From assembly GCF_009914755.1 (NCBI RefSeq), contig NC_060930.1: a DNA stretch of 64,000 bases; one strand, given 5' to 3'. Below, one piece after another: positions 25,854 to 40,245 of this stretch. Below the pieces are notes generated by a model. That model searched no databases and was not told the DNA's origin. It saw only the letters and a list, made by a program, of their open reading frames with translations. The stretch comes from the human T2T-CHM13v2.0 reference genome, Homo sapiens. A program made the position numbers and the translations under genes. Each line of letters begins with the position of its first letter. Position 1 is the first letter of the stretch.

Positions 25854-26179
25854 CCTTGTTTTTTTGTTGTTGTTTGTTTGTTTTGTTTTTTGAGACAGGG
25901 TCTAACTCCCATCACCCAGGCTGGAGTGCAGTGGTGAGATCCTGGCTTACTGCAGCCTTGACATCTCAGGCTCAGGTGACTGAGTCTCCTACCTCAGCCT
26001 CCTGAGTAGTTGAGACTATAGGTGTATGTCACCGCACCTGGCTAATTTTTTGTATTTTTAGTACAGATGGGGTTTCACCATGTTGCCCGGACAGATCTCA
26101 AATTCCTGGGCCCAAGTGATCTGCCCACCTTAGCCTCCAAAAATGCTGGGATTACAGATGTGAGCCACCATGCCCATCC
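25854..26179 (-). mobile_element. AluJ
   Basis: 17-bp TSD CTGCAATGAATAACCTA. Confidence 0.93.
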
Positions 26180-26534
26180 CTGCAATGAATAACCTAGTGC
26201 ATACATCATATCATAAGTGTGTAGGTGTGTGTATCCATCTGGAGGATTAATTCCCAGACATGGGATTACTGGGTCATAGCAGATAAATTTGATAGAGATT
26301 GTCCTATTGCCATCCATGAGATTTATTCTAATTTGAAGTCCCACCAGCATATGTAAGTGGTTATTTCCCCATAGCCCTGTTAACAATTTGCATTAATCAA
26401 ACTTTGGGGAATTTTTTGCCAACGTGATAGGTAAGAAATGGTGTCATCATGTAGCTTTCATTTGAATTGCTCTTTATATGAGTAAGTTTGCACACCTTTT
26501 CATGTGGTTGAGGACCATTTGCATTTCTTTGTGA

Positions 26535-26862
<328 letters not shown>

Positions 26863-28284
26863 CGTGAATTTTCTATTCACATTCTTTGCTCGGTTTCTTT
26901 GGGTTATTGGACTTTTCTCAATTTCTAAGACTCTTAAGCATGAAGGACCTCAGCCCTTTGTGATATAGGTTGCAAACATTTTCTGAGTTTGTTGTTTGTA
27001 TTCTGTGCTTATGTTGCTTTTTTATGATTTGTATCAACCTTTTCTGTCATGGTTATTGAACCTTGAGCTATGATCAGAAAGGCCTTTGAGCGGCACTGCA
27101 GACGGGTGCTCCAGGGAGATCAGCACACCCCAACTCCTTGCTTGTGCACTAGGGAAACATTTGTGGAAGAGAAGCTAACCCCATTGAGGCAGCACTGGTG
27201 GAAAACCAGATGTGCATAGCTGAACTCAAATGAGAAAGGAAACTAAAAACAGATTTTTGACCCAATGTAAGCATTAAAAGTGAGGTAAAACAAATAATAT
27301 TAAAAAATCACATATAATGAAGGTAATTATATTGATTCTGGACTTGAGACATATAAACTCTTTGAGCAAAAAGTTATGATTTGTTGTAATTCCTCCATCT
27401 GAACAGGAATGCATAGATTTAATATAGGTTTTGATAAATACAACTTGACTAATTTAAAATTGATTTAAAAATCTTGCTGTTTCATCTTCATAAATTGAAA
27501 AGTAGGTTTGCTTATACTGGTAGCCCTTTATGGTACTTGAATAGTGGTCTGACTACTTTTAGAAATGAATAATGGATTAAAAGTACACTTTGCAGCTTAC
27601 ATTAGTTACTTTTGTAATGCAAAATAGAAACATGATAATGTACTATTCAGCATGCTTTAATATGATTTATATATACACTACACAGCATAAGTAATTCATT
27701 ATGCCCTTCACAGTACATTTCCTGGGTACAGAAGCTCATGTTTACCAGTATTTCATCTCATAATCAGGATGTCTAATGGAGAGGGCCTGGGAGCATGACT
27801 GATGGATGATTCCACACTCCACTTGCCCCTGACTCATTCAGTGACCTCAGGGAAGTATTATTCTGGATCTGGGATTGGGTAAAAGTAAAAGTGAGTGTAT
27901 AACACTTTATAGACCCAACCTAGAAGAAGGGGCTGTAGACTTTAGGATGTAAACAGCTTTGAAGTCTGGAGTTAAACGAACTTCACAGTTTATTATTATT
28001 ATTCCAAGGAATTATCCTACTTTGGAAATAACTCTCTATGATGGTCATTCATAAAAGGCAGTAGTTCATTTCAGTGCATTTGGGAAGAAATCCTCTACTG
28101 TTTAATCAACAGCACCTTGTCACATACTGTATTTTTCTATTTGTAAAGTGTGGATTTACTGGAAAGCAGAGGTGATAGCCTTCGAAGTCAGCAACCGTTA
28201 AAGCCAATTTCATTCAATTTTTAGAATAAGCATGCATAGACTTCACTGAAGCTTTGAGTTGGAAGTAAGAAAGTAATTATAAGA

Positions 28285-28490
28285 TGTAGACCTACCCCTA
28301 AGATTTGTGGAGCCCAGGGCAAGAGTACAAATGTAGGCCCACATACCAATATGTTTAAATATTTAAATGGTATAGATCAAGCTAACAGACTGTTAAATAA
28401 AATATGTTCTATCCTCTTACCTTGACAAATATATCTTCATAATGACCTGGAAGGCCAGATTTGAATTTTAGGTTTCTCTGAAGGTCCTGG
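28285..28490. mobile_element. hAT-Tip100 fragment (MER115/Zaphod-like)
   Basis: GCCCAGGGCAAGAGTACAAATGTAGGCCCACATACC...GACCTGGAAGGCCAG. Confidence 0.65.
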
Positions 28491-29791
28491 AAAATTTTAA
28501 AATCACAATTCACTCTTCTGTTTGTCTGGTGTCAGTATGATAGTGACCAGTATTGGTCTCTAGACCAGAATTTGAACACACACACCCTTGAGGTATGTTT
28601 CAAACTTTGTACTTATTTATTATATGAAAATCACATTTCTTTTTTTATAATGTTGACTGTCTCTATGAAAATGAAATCATTAGAATAACTGAAACTTCTA
28701 AAATAGTGAGACTTGTACCTGTGATAAATGCTTTGACACAGTTTGATTCCCTTGACAATCTTATTTGACCTGGTCTATTTAAATTCTGCTGGAAACATAA
28801 TTTTCACATCAAACTTCTATTATAAATTGTAGGATATGTAAAATGTGCAAGTTTTGTGCACAAACTTTTTTTTTTTTGCCTAACACACAAATTGTTAACT
28901 TGAATTCAAAGTAATCTTATTGGTCAGATAGATCTAATAATGGGGATGATATAATAGAAAAATTTGTATCTTAGAGAATGCACCTTAAGCAGTTTATTTT
29001 ATAGCTGATATTTTTATTTTTGCTTGGGTATACGATTCTTATTTGTCAAGACTCCACTTTCTTTGTTAAAATGTAAAATGCATATTGGGCAAATGCTCCA
29101 GGGCAATTTGCATAAAAAGTGATGACAAAGAGCAATTAGTACTTCATTATTATGCAGTGAAATGCTACTTTGCTCAAAAGTGACTGTAGTTGTTCCCCCC
29201 AACCCCCTAGTAAATCTGGTACAGCATTGTTCTAAAAATAGTACTTAACAAACCTCTGTTTGTAAATCAGTCTTTGACTTTCCACTAGCAGTCCAGGGGG
29301 GAAGAAATCCAAGCACTAAATAAAGTTATTACCCCAGATCTTTGTAATGAAAAACAAGCACCGGAATTCTGTTAGATAAGACAAGTCAGAAGATTTTAGT
29401 GTCTCATCAAATTAGATCCATATCTTATTTTACCCCTTGGGATTAGCTTTGAAAGCAGACTCCATCACACACTGATAGCAACATCCCCCTCCTCCCAATA
29501 CACATACTCTCTCAGACACACACTCAGAGGGTCATGCCACACACAGCTACACTGCAGAGAACAAACAGGCCCCAGGTATCTCTAGTTAGGAAGGCTTGGT
29601 TTTTGAGTACAGATTTCATTACCATGAAATTCCTTTAGGGCCAGAAAGAATTGAATCAAATAAACTATGTAAGGAGACAGACTTTGTGAATCTTTGTCCC
29701 ATCACTTGTGTTATTAGGTGCTCCTCTCTCTTTAATTTGTCAGAAAATGCTCATTTTTGGATTCTCATTTTGTTTTTAAATATATTTTGTT

Positions 29792-30070
29792 GGCTGGGCA
29801 CAGTGGTTCATGCCTATAATCCCAGAACTTTGGGAGGCCGAGGTGGGTGGATCAACTGAGATCAAGAGTTTGAGAAAAGCCTGACCAATATGGTGAAACC
29901 CCACCTCTACTAAAAATACAAAAATTAGCCGGGCATGTTGGCACATACCTGTAGTCCCACCTACTCAGGAGGCTGACACAGAAGAATTGCTTGAACCTGG
30001 GATGTGGAGGTTGCAGTGAGCCGAGATCGCGTACTGCACTCCAGGCTGGGTGACAGAGCCAGACTCCATC
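29792..30070 (+). mobile_element. AluS with tail replaced by a TA-rich repeat
   Basis: Full dimer ending GACTCCATC, then TATATA... Confidence 0.95.
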
Positions 30071-30372
30071 TATATATATATGTTTATATGTACATATATA
30101 CACACACATATATACGCATATAAACATATATATGTTTTGTTTATGTGTGTATATATATACACATATATATGTTTTGTTTATATGTATATATATACATATA
30201 TTAAACATATATATGTTTTATATATTAAACATATATATGTTTTCTATATGTATATCTATGTATATATGTATATATACACATATGTTTACATGTATATATA
30301 TAAACATATATAAACATATATATGTTTTGTTTCTATGTGTGTGTATATATATATATACATATATACATATTA
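30071..30372. repeat. Complex (TA)n-rich low-complexity repeat
   Basis: Four copies of the 16-bp palindrome AAACATATATATGTTT at 30122, 30203, 30227 and 30312. Confidence 0.95.
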
Positions 30373-31949
30373 TCTAAAATTTTGCAAGTCAAAATGTGCC
30401 AGCACTGTGTGTGAGTGTGTGTGTGAGAGAGAGAGAGAGACATAACCAAGTAATTGGATACTGGCAGGATGAAAAGGAAAACATGAGAAACTACCAAACC
30501 TTTGGAAATAACCCCATGAGGCTGGAGACAGACATGGATTTTACTATTTTTCTCCGGAAGTTGCAGAGCGGGCTTGGTGGGGAGGAGGAGGATGGGGTGA
30601 AGGTGGGCGCTAGGTAAACACTGCCTTATTCTTGGTGCCCCTCCACCCAACCCTCTGTGGGCCAAGCCACATCAGTGCAATTCCTGCAGCCACATCTTTA
30701 GCTGGCATGGCTCCAAGATGGCTGACCTAAATCAGTTTTGCTGACATCCTGAGGGGTCTCTCATTTACAGGGGGCTGGGTCAGTTCAAGGGGTTTGTAGC
30801 ATCTGCAGTTAAGTCACATCTCTGAAAAATAAGGAGCAGGGATAGACCCTTAGGCACATTGCTTTATAAGCACAAGTAGCTTGCACAGCTGAAAGTTCTT
30901 CAACCGGCCCAGGTTTTATTTACTTTCTCTTCTGTTCTTGTCCTCCTCAGGCCACCAGTGAAAAGAATGTAAGGTCACATAGCCTGTACCATTTCAGGGA
31001 GGCATTGTCTAACCTGGAGGTAATGTATGATCATTTTATACACCACCACAGATTCATTATTCATACAATTTTCCATTAATTTTTAATGCATCCAAGTTCC
31101 TACTTATTTAACATACAATGCAGTCGGCCAGATGTCTTCATAAAGCTATGAAAAGTGGTTCTGAAATACTCTTCCATAGCATCCCAATCTACTAACCAGC
31201 TGATGAGACAGTATTGCTCTTTAACAATGGGTCGGACTCCTGCTTTGGGCCCCCACACCTCAGGGACCCCCATGATTTAAATGGCTTTGCTTGAAGCCTG
31301 GCCTACAGTCTTATTGGGGTGGAGTGTCCAAGCCAGATCCCATTTCTCTCCTTCAGAGCACTATCCTACTCTCTAGCCATCTGGTAAGGTTGACCAGATG
31401 TCCAGAGAAGCTCTGAACCGCATACCTGTAAGATGATCTTAGGGCCAAGGTGGAGCCTCGTTCAAGAAAGCAGTCTGATGAAAATATGTTCCCACTGACA
31501 CTGACCAACAGGTTATTTCTTTTGTTAGACTGCATGCCATTGGACCTCTAGAATGGTTTCCACAGGTTGATTTTGGGTAACTTATTTATGAGGGATGAAG
31601 AAGACAAGAATTTTTACATGCACTGATTGGGCAATAAACAAATACCCATTATTCTAAATTTTTACCAGTAAATCACTATACCTCACACAAACTCATTTTC
31701 TAATCAAATCATGTATATAGACGTGGCCTTGTAAAATATATTTGCCTAGGGATTGTACTTTCTGGGGCTAGCCTTGCCCTGGGGAACCACTATAGGCTCT
31801 GGAACTGGGGCTGATGTAGACTAACTAATTAGAGGGGGGACATTGGAAATGACAAAGAGCAAATAGAGAAATCTATGGCACTAACGGGGCTAAGGAGGAG
31901 TTAGTGTGGTAAAGTGAAATTACTCTAAGTTGAAAATCATGGGCTCTGA

Positions 31950-32303
<354 letters not shown>

Positions 32304-32444
32304 TGATCAAATCTCTTAATCTCTCCCTGTCTCAGTTTATTCATCTATAAAATGAGGGAGTTCAATATAGTTGTCTTAGTGGTTCTCAAACCTGACTTTG
32401 CAGCAGAAGACATAGAGAAGTTATTCAAAAATGATATTACTTCC

Positions 32445-34756
32445 TATATTATTCCATTGTCACACTGCTATAAAGAACTACCTAAGACTGAGTAAATTAT
32501 AAAGGAAGGAGGTTTAATTGACTCACAGTTCTGCAGAGCTGGGGAGGCCTCAGGAAACTTAAAATCATGGTGGAAAGGGAAGCAAACACATCTTTCTTCA
32601 CATGGCAGCAGGAAGGAGAAGAATGAGAGTTGAAAGAAGGCGGAAGCCCCTTATAAAACCATCAGATCTTGTGAGAACTCACTCACTATCATGAGGATAG
32701 CATGAGGGAAATTGCCTCCACGATTCAATTACCTCCTACTGGGTTCCTCCCACTACACATGGAGATTAAGAGAATTACAATTCAAGATGAGATTTGGGTG
32801 GAGACACAGCCAGACCATACAATTCTACCCCTGGCCCCTCCCAAATCTCATGTCCTCACATTTCAAAACACAATCATGCCTTTCCAACAGTCCCTCAAAG
32901 TCTTAGCTCATTCCAGCATTAAACCAAAAGTCCAAGTCCAAAGTCTCATCTGAGACAAGGCAAGTCTCTTCTGCCTATGAACCTGTAAAATCAAAAGCAA
33001 GTTAGTGACTTTCTAGATACAATGGAGGTATAGGTATTGGGTAAATATACCCATTTCAAATGGGAGAAATTGGCCCAAACAAAGGAGATACAGGCCCCAT
33101 GCAAGTCCAAAATCCAATAGAGCAGTCATTAAAACTCAAAGTTCCAAAATGATCTCCTTTGACTCCATATCTCACATCCAGGGCATGCTGATGCAAGAGA
33201 TAGACTTCCATGGCCTTGGACAGCTTCATCATTGTGGCTTTGCAGGGTACAGCACTCCCCTGGCTGCTTTTATGGCTAGTGTTAAGTGTCTGTGGCTTTT
33301 CCATGAGCATGGCACAAACTGTCAGTGGATCTACCATTCTGGGGTCTGGAGGATGGTGGCCCTCTTCTCACAACTCCACTAGGCAGTGCCCCAGTGGAGA
33401 CTCTGTATGGGAGCTCCATCCCCACATTTCCCTTCCACACTGCCCTAGCAGAGGTTTTCCATGAGGGTTCCACCCCTGTAGCACACCTCTGCCTGGACAT
33501 CCAGGCATTTCCATACATCCTCTGAAATTTAGGTGAAGGTTCCCAAACCTCAATTCTTGATTCTGGTGTGCCCTCAGGCTTGACACTATGTGGAAGCCAC
33601 CAAGGCTTGGGGCTTACACCCTCTCAAGCCACGGCCCAAGCTGTGCCTTGGCCCCTTTTAGCCACAGCTGGAGCTGCTGGGACACAGGGGACAAAGTCCC
33701 CAAGCTGCACACAGCAGGGGGATCCTGGGCCCAGCTCATGAAATCATTTTTTCTTCCTAGGCCTCTGGGCCTGTGTTAGGAAGGGCTGCTGTGAAGGTCT
33801 CTGACATGCCCTGAAGACATTTTCCCCATTGTCTTGGTGATTAACATTTGGCTCCTCATTACTTATGCAAATTTCTGCATGGGTTGAATTTCTCCCCAGA
33901 AAATGGGTTTTTCTTTTCTATCACATCATCAGGTGGCACATTTTCCAAACTTTTATTCTCTGCTTCCTCTTGAATGCTTTGTCACTTAGAAATCTTCTGC
34001 CAGATATCCTAAATCATCTCTCTCAAGTTCAAAGTTCCACAGATCTCTAGGACAGGGCCAAAATGCTGCCAGTCTCTTTACTAATCCTTTGCTCCAGTTC
34101 CCAAGAAGTTCCTCATCTTCATCTGAGATCATCTCAGCCTGGACTTCATTGTCCATATCACTGTTAACATTTTGGTTGAAGTCATTCAAGAAGTCTCTAG
34201 GAAGTTCCAAACTTTCCCACGTCTTTCTGTCTTCTGAGCACTCCAAGTCTCTAGGATGTTCCAAACTTTCCCACATGTTTCTGTCTTCTTCTGAGCCCTC
34301 CAAACTGTTCCAACCTCTGCCTGTTACCCACTTCTAAAGTTGCTTCCACATTTTTGGGTATCCTTATACCAGCACCCCACTGTCTGTGGTACCAATTTAC
34401 TGTATTAGTCCATTCTCACACTGCTATAAAGAACTGCCTAAGATTGGGTAAATTATAAAGGAAAGAGGTTTAATTGACTCACAGTTCTTCAGGGCTGGGG
34501 AGGACTCAGGAAGCTTACAATCATGGCAGAAGGGGAAGCAAACACATCCTTTTTACATGGCAGCAGGAAGAAGAATGTGAGCCAAGCAAAGAGGGCTCAG
34601 ATGTCATAAGCGCTTACTATCAAGAGAATAGTAGCATGGGGGAAACTGCCCTCATGATTCAATTACCTTCCACTGGTCTCTCCCACTACACATGGGGATT
34701 ATGGGAACTACCATTCAAGATGAGATTTGGGTGGGGACATAGACAAACCATTGTCA
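32445..34756 (-). mobile_element. Complete THE1 (THE1D-like) MaLR provirus: LTR 32445-32822, internal region, LTR 34401-34756
   Basis: Two homologous LTRs, typical THE1 internal sequence, exact 5-bp TSD CTTCC (32440-44 / 34757-61); splits a MER5-like element. Confidence 0.95.
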
Positions 34757-37147
34757 CTTCCTAAGCAGCCCTTTCTCCAAGTTTCAAATTCAGTAAGTCT
34801 GGAGGTGGGACTTGGGGTTCCGTATTTTTTAGAAGCACCCAGCAGATTTTGGCATGTAGCAAGGACTGGTCCTCACTTCTCTTAAGAGTCTCCTGGCTCT
34901 AAAAGTTTGGTACTCTAATAGAGAGCGGAGGTGATGAAGGTGTCTATTTGATGCTGATATAGTCTGTAGAGGAAAGAAGTAATGAAAGATTTTAACATAA
35001 TGCCAGTTTTGGTAAAAATGATGGCTTGTGTATAACTGTGAGCCAGATATCACTGTGAGTGCTTTACATGCATGGCCTTGTTCAATCCTCACTCAACTAT
35101 TTGTTATTCACATTCTCCAGATGCGAAAACTGAATCAGAGAAAGACTAAATACCTAGCTGAGATTCAGTGCTAATATTTTTGGTAAATTGGGTAGAGGAA
35201 CTGGAAAAGTGGGAAGAATCACAGGTATTTCCATGTTTTCGAGGCTGGAAGACAGAAAACCACAAGACCAATTTGGATGGTCTTGTGGTTTGTTTCTTTG
35301 CTTTGTTTTGTTTTTGTCATTATTTATGATGCTGAGGGCCTTGGGGATGATGAGTGTCTAATTAGCTATGATAGTGAGTCCCTTAAGTAGAAATGTCCTG
35401 GAAAGACTTGAAAATACTCTCCTGAAGATCAGATGAGAGGTTTGGCTGGGAATTTTGGATATGGGAACCATCAGGGAGATAAAAGATGCAATTATGAGAG
35501 TGCCAGAGCCTCCTAACCTCTAGGATAGAGTGTATAGAATTTCTTAAGAGAATCAGCTTGGGAGGGCGAGCTCCATGGGCAAAACTCCAGCATCAACTCA
35601 GCAACTAAAATTCCCAGCCACTTTTGAAGAGCTCTTCTATTATATAGTTTGGTCAGCAGCTCAGCTCCATATTTTCATCTACCAGAATGTTCAAATCAAT
35701 ACTCCCAGTCCTCATGATTTACTGAACCTGAATTTCTCTAACTGCTCCATTAACTCTTTGGAAAGATTTCTCCCTCTGTTAGCACTGGATCATGATTTTC
35801 CATAAAATTTGCCCTTGAGCAAGTAATTCTCTCATCATTCTCACTAAGGAAATTGTCTTACTGTTTTCTTCCCAACCTCTCCATCATTCCTTACTTCCTT
35901 ATGAGCTCTATTTCATGAACCTGCATTTTACCTGCTAATTAGTGTTTTTGAATAAATACTTGCTACTGAGTTTGGAATCTATGAGGTTTTTGCTCAGGCC
36001 AGTTTGTGAGTTGCTAACTCTTTATGTCAGTTAATGTTTTTCCCAGCTTGGTTATTAAATTTAAGATCTTATTATTCCTCTGTTCGTGCAGTAGAGGCAT
36101 CTTGGCACTGAAGTCTAGTGCTGTGGCCCTAGTGCCTGCATGCGCAGTCCTATGCTTATGTTCAGGATGATGATCCCGTACATGCTGGGTATAGAGGGGC
36201 CCGGTGGCCAGACAGCCAATTCTGAAAGGTGAATTCACTCACAATGCATCCTTTGTTTTAGGGAACGTTTTGTTCCTCTGATCTTCAGCTTCAGCATCAT
36301 GAAAAAGCATTTGTCAAGCCCCTAATTGCCCAGAGTGCTGCATTAAGCACTCCATAAAGAGAGTTTCACAGCCACAGCACAGCTGAGCATGACAGAGACA
36401 GGCCTGGGTGTGGAGAAAACTGCTATTGCCATTACCCTCATCCACACAGTCCTGCAATTTAACAGAAAAATGATGTCTTCCAGGTATTCCCAGTGATGCT
36501 GAGATACTTGAGTTGGGGTGGGGCACATGAAAGCAGCAGGACATGCAGCAGTGGTGCTGGTCTAGACAGACACCCCCACCCCATCTCAGAGAAGAGGAAA
36601 GGGAGGTGTGGTGGTTCATTTTACGTGTCAACTTGACTGAGCCACAGGATGTCCAGAGAGCCAGTAAAACATTATTTTGGGGAGGGTCTGTAAGGGCGTA
36701 CGAAGAAGAGATTAGCATTTGAATTTGTAAACTGAGTAAAGCAGATGACCTCGCCAGTGTTGGTGGGCATCATCCAATTTTGTGAGCCTCTGAATAGAAC
36801 AAAAGGCAGAGGAGTGGTGGCAAATTTTTCTCTTTTTGAGCTGTGACACCCATCTCCTCCTGCCCTCAGTTATCAGTGCTCCTAGTTCTCAGGCCTTCAG
36901 ATTCAGACCAGGACTGTGGCACTTCTCTGCCTCCATAATTATGTGAACCAATTCCCATAATAAAATCTCCATCTACACACACACACACGCAGGTACACAC
37001 ACACTATTGGTTCTGTTTCTCTGGAGAACCCTGACTAATACAAATTTTAGTACCAAGAATGTTTCTAAAGGGACAGACTTTTAAGGATGAATTTTCTAAG
37101 TTGGTTCTGTGGTTTCTGGAGTTGGCTATCTAATCTGATTACATTTA

Positions 37148-37680
<533 letters not shown>

Positions 37681-39828
37681 TCACTGTACAAAGTGGTGAA
37701 AGAAAAAAAAAATGAGCTTAGGGATTTGAATTTTCAGCTGAAGCACTGCATAAATGACCTAAGAGCTTCCAGGTGTGCCCTGAAGGAGACTTACCTCCTA
37801 TAGCTGTAGGGCTGAAATGGCTGGAAATCAAATGCAGAAACTCATCCTGTGATTGGCTGAGCTACAATGCAAGCAGAACTCCCAGGCTCATAGGATGTCT
37901 ACTATTAAAGTGAAGACATTGATTAGGGAAAAAAATAGGATCCTGTGGGTTGATTGGGGATGTGTGGGAAGACTCAGATGAAACTAAGGACATTGAACCC
38001 CTAAATTCTGATGAGTCTTTCCTAGTGGAAGAAGTCACCCCACCCCAAGTAAAATTGGTTCCTACCTTTAGCCAAAACTACTGACCGTGGACATACAGAA
38101 TGCCTTATCCATCATCATGGTATTCTACACAGCAATGCTTCCTGTCAAGGAACTCTCTTTATGGTAAAAGAAGTGTGGCAATAGGCTCATGCTTATGGAA
38201 TTTGCTGGCCTTACAACATTCCCTACCATTCTGAAACAGCTGGCTTGACAGAATGGTGAAATGGCATTTTGAAAATTCAATTACAGCACCAGATAGGTGG
38301 CAGTACCTTGCAGGGTGGGAGCAAGATTCTCCAGAAGGCTAATATGCTCTGAATCAGTGTCAATATGTGATGCTATTTCTCCAATAGTCAGGATTCATAG
38401 TTTCAGGAATCAAGGGGGTAGAAATGGGAATGACACCACTCATTATTACCCCCAGAAACCCAATAGCAAAAGTCTTGCTTCCTATTCCTGAGATGTTATG
38501 TTCCGCTAGCCTAGTGGTCTTAGTTCCAGAGGGAGGAATGCTTCTGGCAGGAGATTCAACAATAATTCTATTGAACTGGAAATTAAGACTCTACCTGGCC
38601 ACTTTGGGGCTCCTCCATGCCTCTGAGTCAACAGGCAAAAAAAAAAAAAAAAAAAAGAGTTACAGTGTTGTTGGGGTGATCGATCCTGACTACCAAGGGG
38701 AGAAATTTTCCTACTGCTCCACCACAGAAGTATGAAAGAGTATGTCTGGAATACAGGAGATCTCTTAGGGTGTCTCTTGTTATTACCATGGCCCTGTGAT
38801 TACATTCAGTGGAAAATGACAACAACCGAATCCAGGCAAGAACATTAATAGTCCAGATCTTTCAGAAATGAAGGTTTGGGTCATCCCACCAGTTAAAGAA
38901 CCATGACCACCTATGGTTCTTGCTTATGGCAAAGGGAATACAGAATGCATACTAGAAGAAAGTAGTTATAAATACCAGCTGCAACCACATGACCAGTTAT
39001 AGAAATGAGGAATATAATTGTCATGGATATTCCCTCCTTATTTTGTTATGAATACATTTGTGTGTATATATACATATAATAAGCAAATATCTTTGTTTTC
39101 TTTCCTCTTATTTCCTTATCTTGTAACATAAGATGACTTTATACCAATGAATATTTAAGTATTGTTAATTTTACATCATGGTATTTAAGTTATAGGATAT
39201 CAAGAGAGGAGTAAACATCACTCAAGGATTTTACCTCCTCTTCTGGGGAAGGGATTAGTGCATTTTTGGTTGCATGCAGGACAGTTGTATCATGTTAGGT
39301 GGAGTTATTACCTTGTTATTGTCTTTATTTGGAGATTAAGTACAGTTTAAGGAGAAGCATATAGGTGTCAAGTTGACAGGGGTGGAGTTGTGATAATAAA
39401 TTTTATGTGTCAACTTGCCTGTGCTAAGGGATGCCCAAATAGCTAGCACAACATCGTTTCTGCATGTGTCTATCAGTGTGTTTGCAGAAGAGATTAGCAT
39501 TTGAATTTGTGCACTGGTAAAGCAGATGACCCTTCCCAGTGCGGATGGACATCATCTAATCTGCTGAGGACCTGAACAGAACAAGAAGGCAAAGGACTGG
39601 AAATTTGCCCTTTCTTTTTGAGCTGGGACACCAATCCCTTCCTGCCCTTAGACATCAACTCACTTGGTTCTCAGGCCTCCACAATTGGGTTGAATTATAC
39701 TGTTGGCTTTCCTGGTTCTCCAGATTGCAGATGGTAGATTATGGAAATTAATAATAGGGCTCCATAATTGCGTGAGCAAATCCCCATAGTAAATCAATCT
39801 CTCTCTTTCTCTCTCTTTAATATATATC

Positions 39829-40245
39829 TGATATGGTTTGGATATTTATCCTCTTCAAATATTATGTTGAAATGTGATCCCAATGTTGGAGATGGGGCCT
39901 GATGGGAGGTATATGGGTCATGGGGGAGAATTTCTCATGAATGGCTTGGTGCCCTCTGCAGGGTAACGAGCGAGTTCTTGCTCTGTTAGTTCAAGTGAAA
40001 GCTGGGTATTTAAAGCTTGTCCAGCCATGCACCTCCTCCTCTCTCTTGCTGTCTCTCTTACCATGTGACATGTCAGCTCCTCTTCCCTTCCGCCATAACT
40101 AAAAGCTTCCTGAGGCCTCACCAGAAGCTGAGCAGATGCCAGTGCCATGCTTTTACGCCTGCAGAACCATGAGCCAAAATAAACCTCGTTTCTTTATCCA
40201 GCCTCAAGTATTCCTTTATTCCTTTACGCAAAACAGATGAACACA
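39829..40245 (+). mobile_element. MSTB-like solo LTR inserted in the 3' MLT2 LTR
   Basis: TGATATGGTTTGGAT...AACACA with 5-bp TSD ATATC. Confidence 0.9.

Noticed and set aside
30050-30377. Tyr/Ile-rich ORFs
   Set aside because: Translation of the TA repeat.
34185-34300. ~54-bp tandem duplication and 105-aa acidic ORF
   Set aside because: Lies within the THE1 internal region and, as I recall, is typical of that consensus rather than locus-specific.
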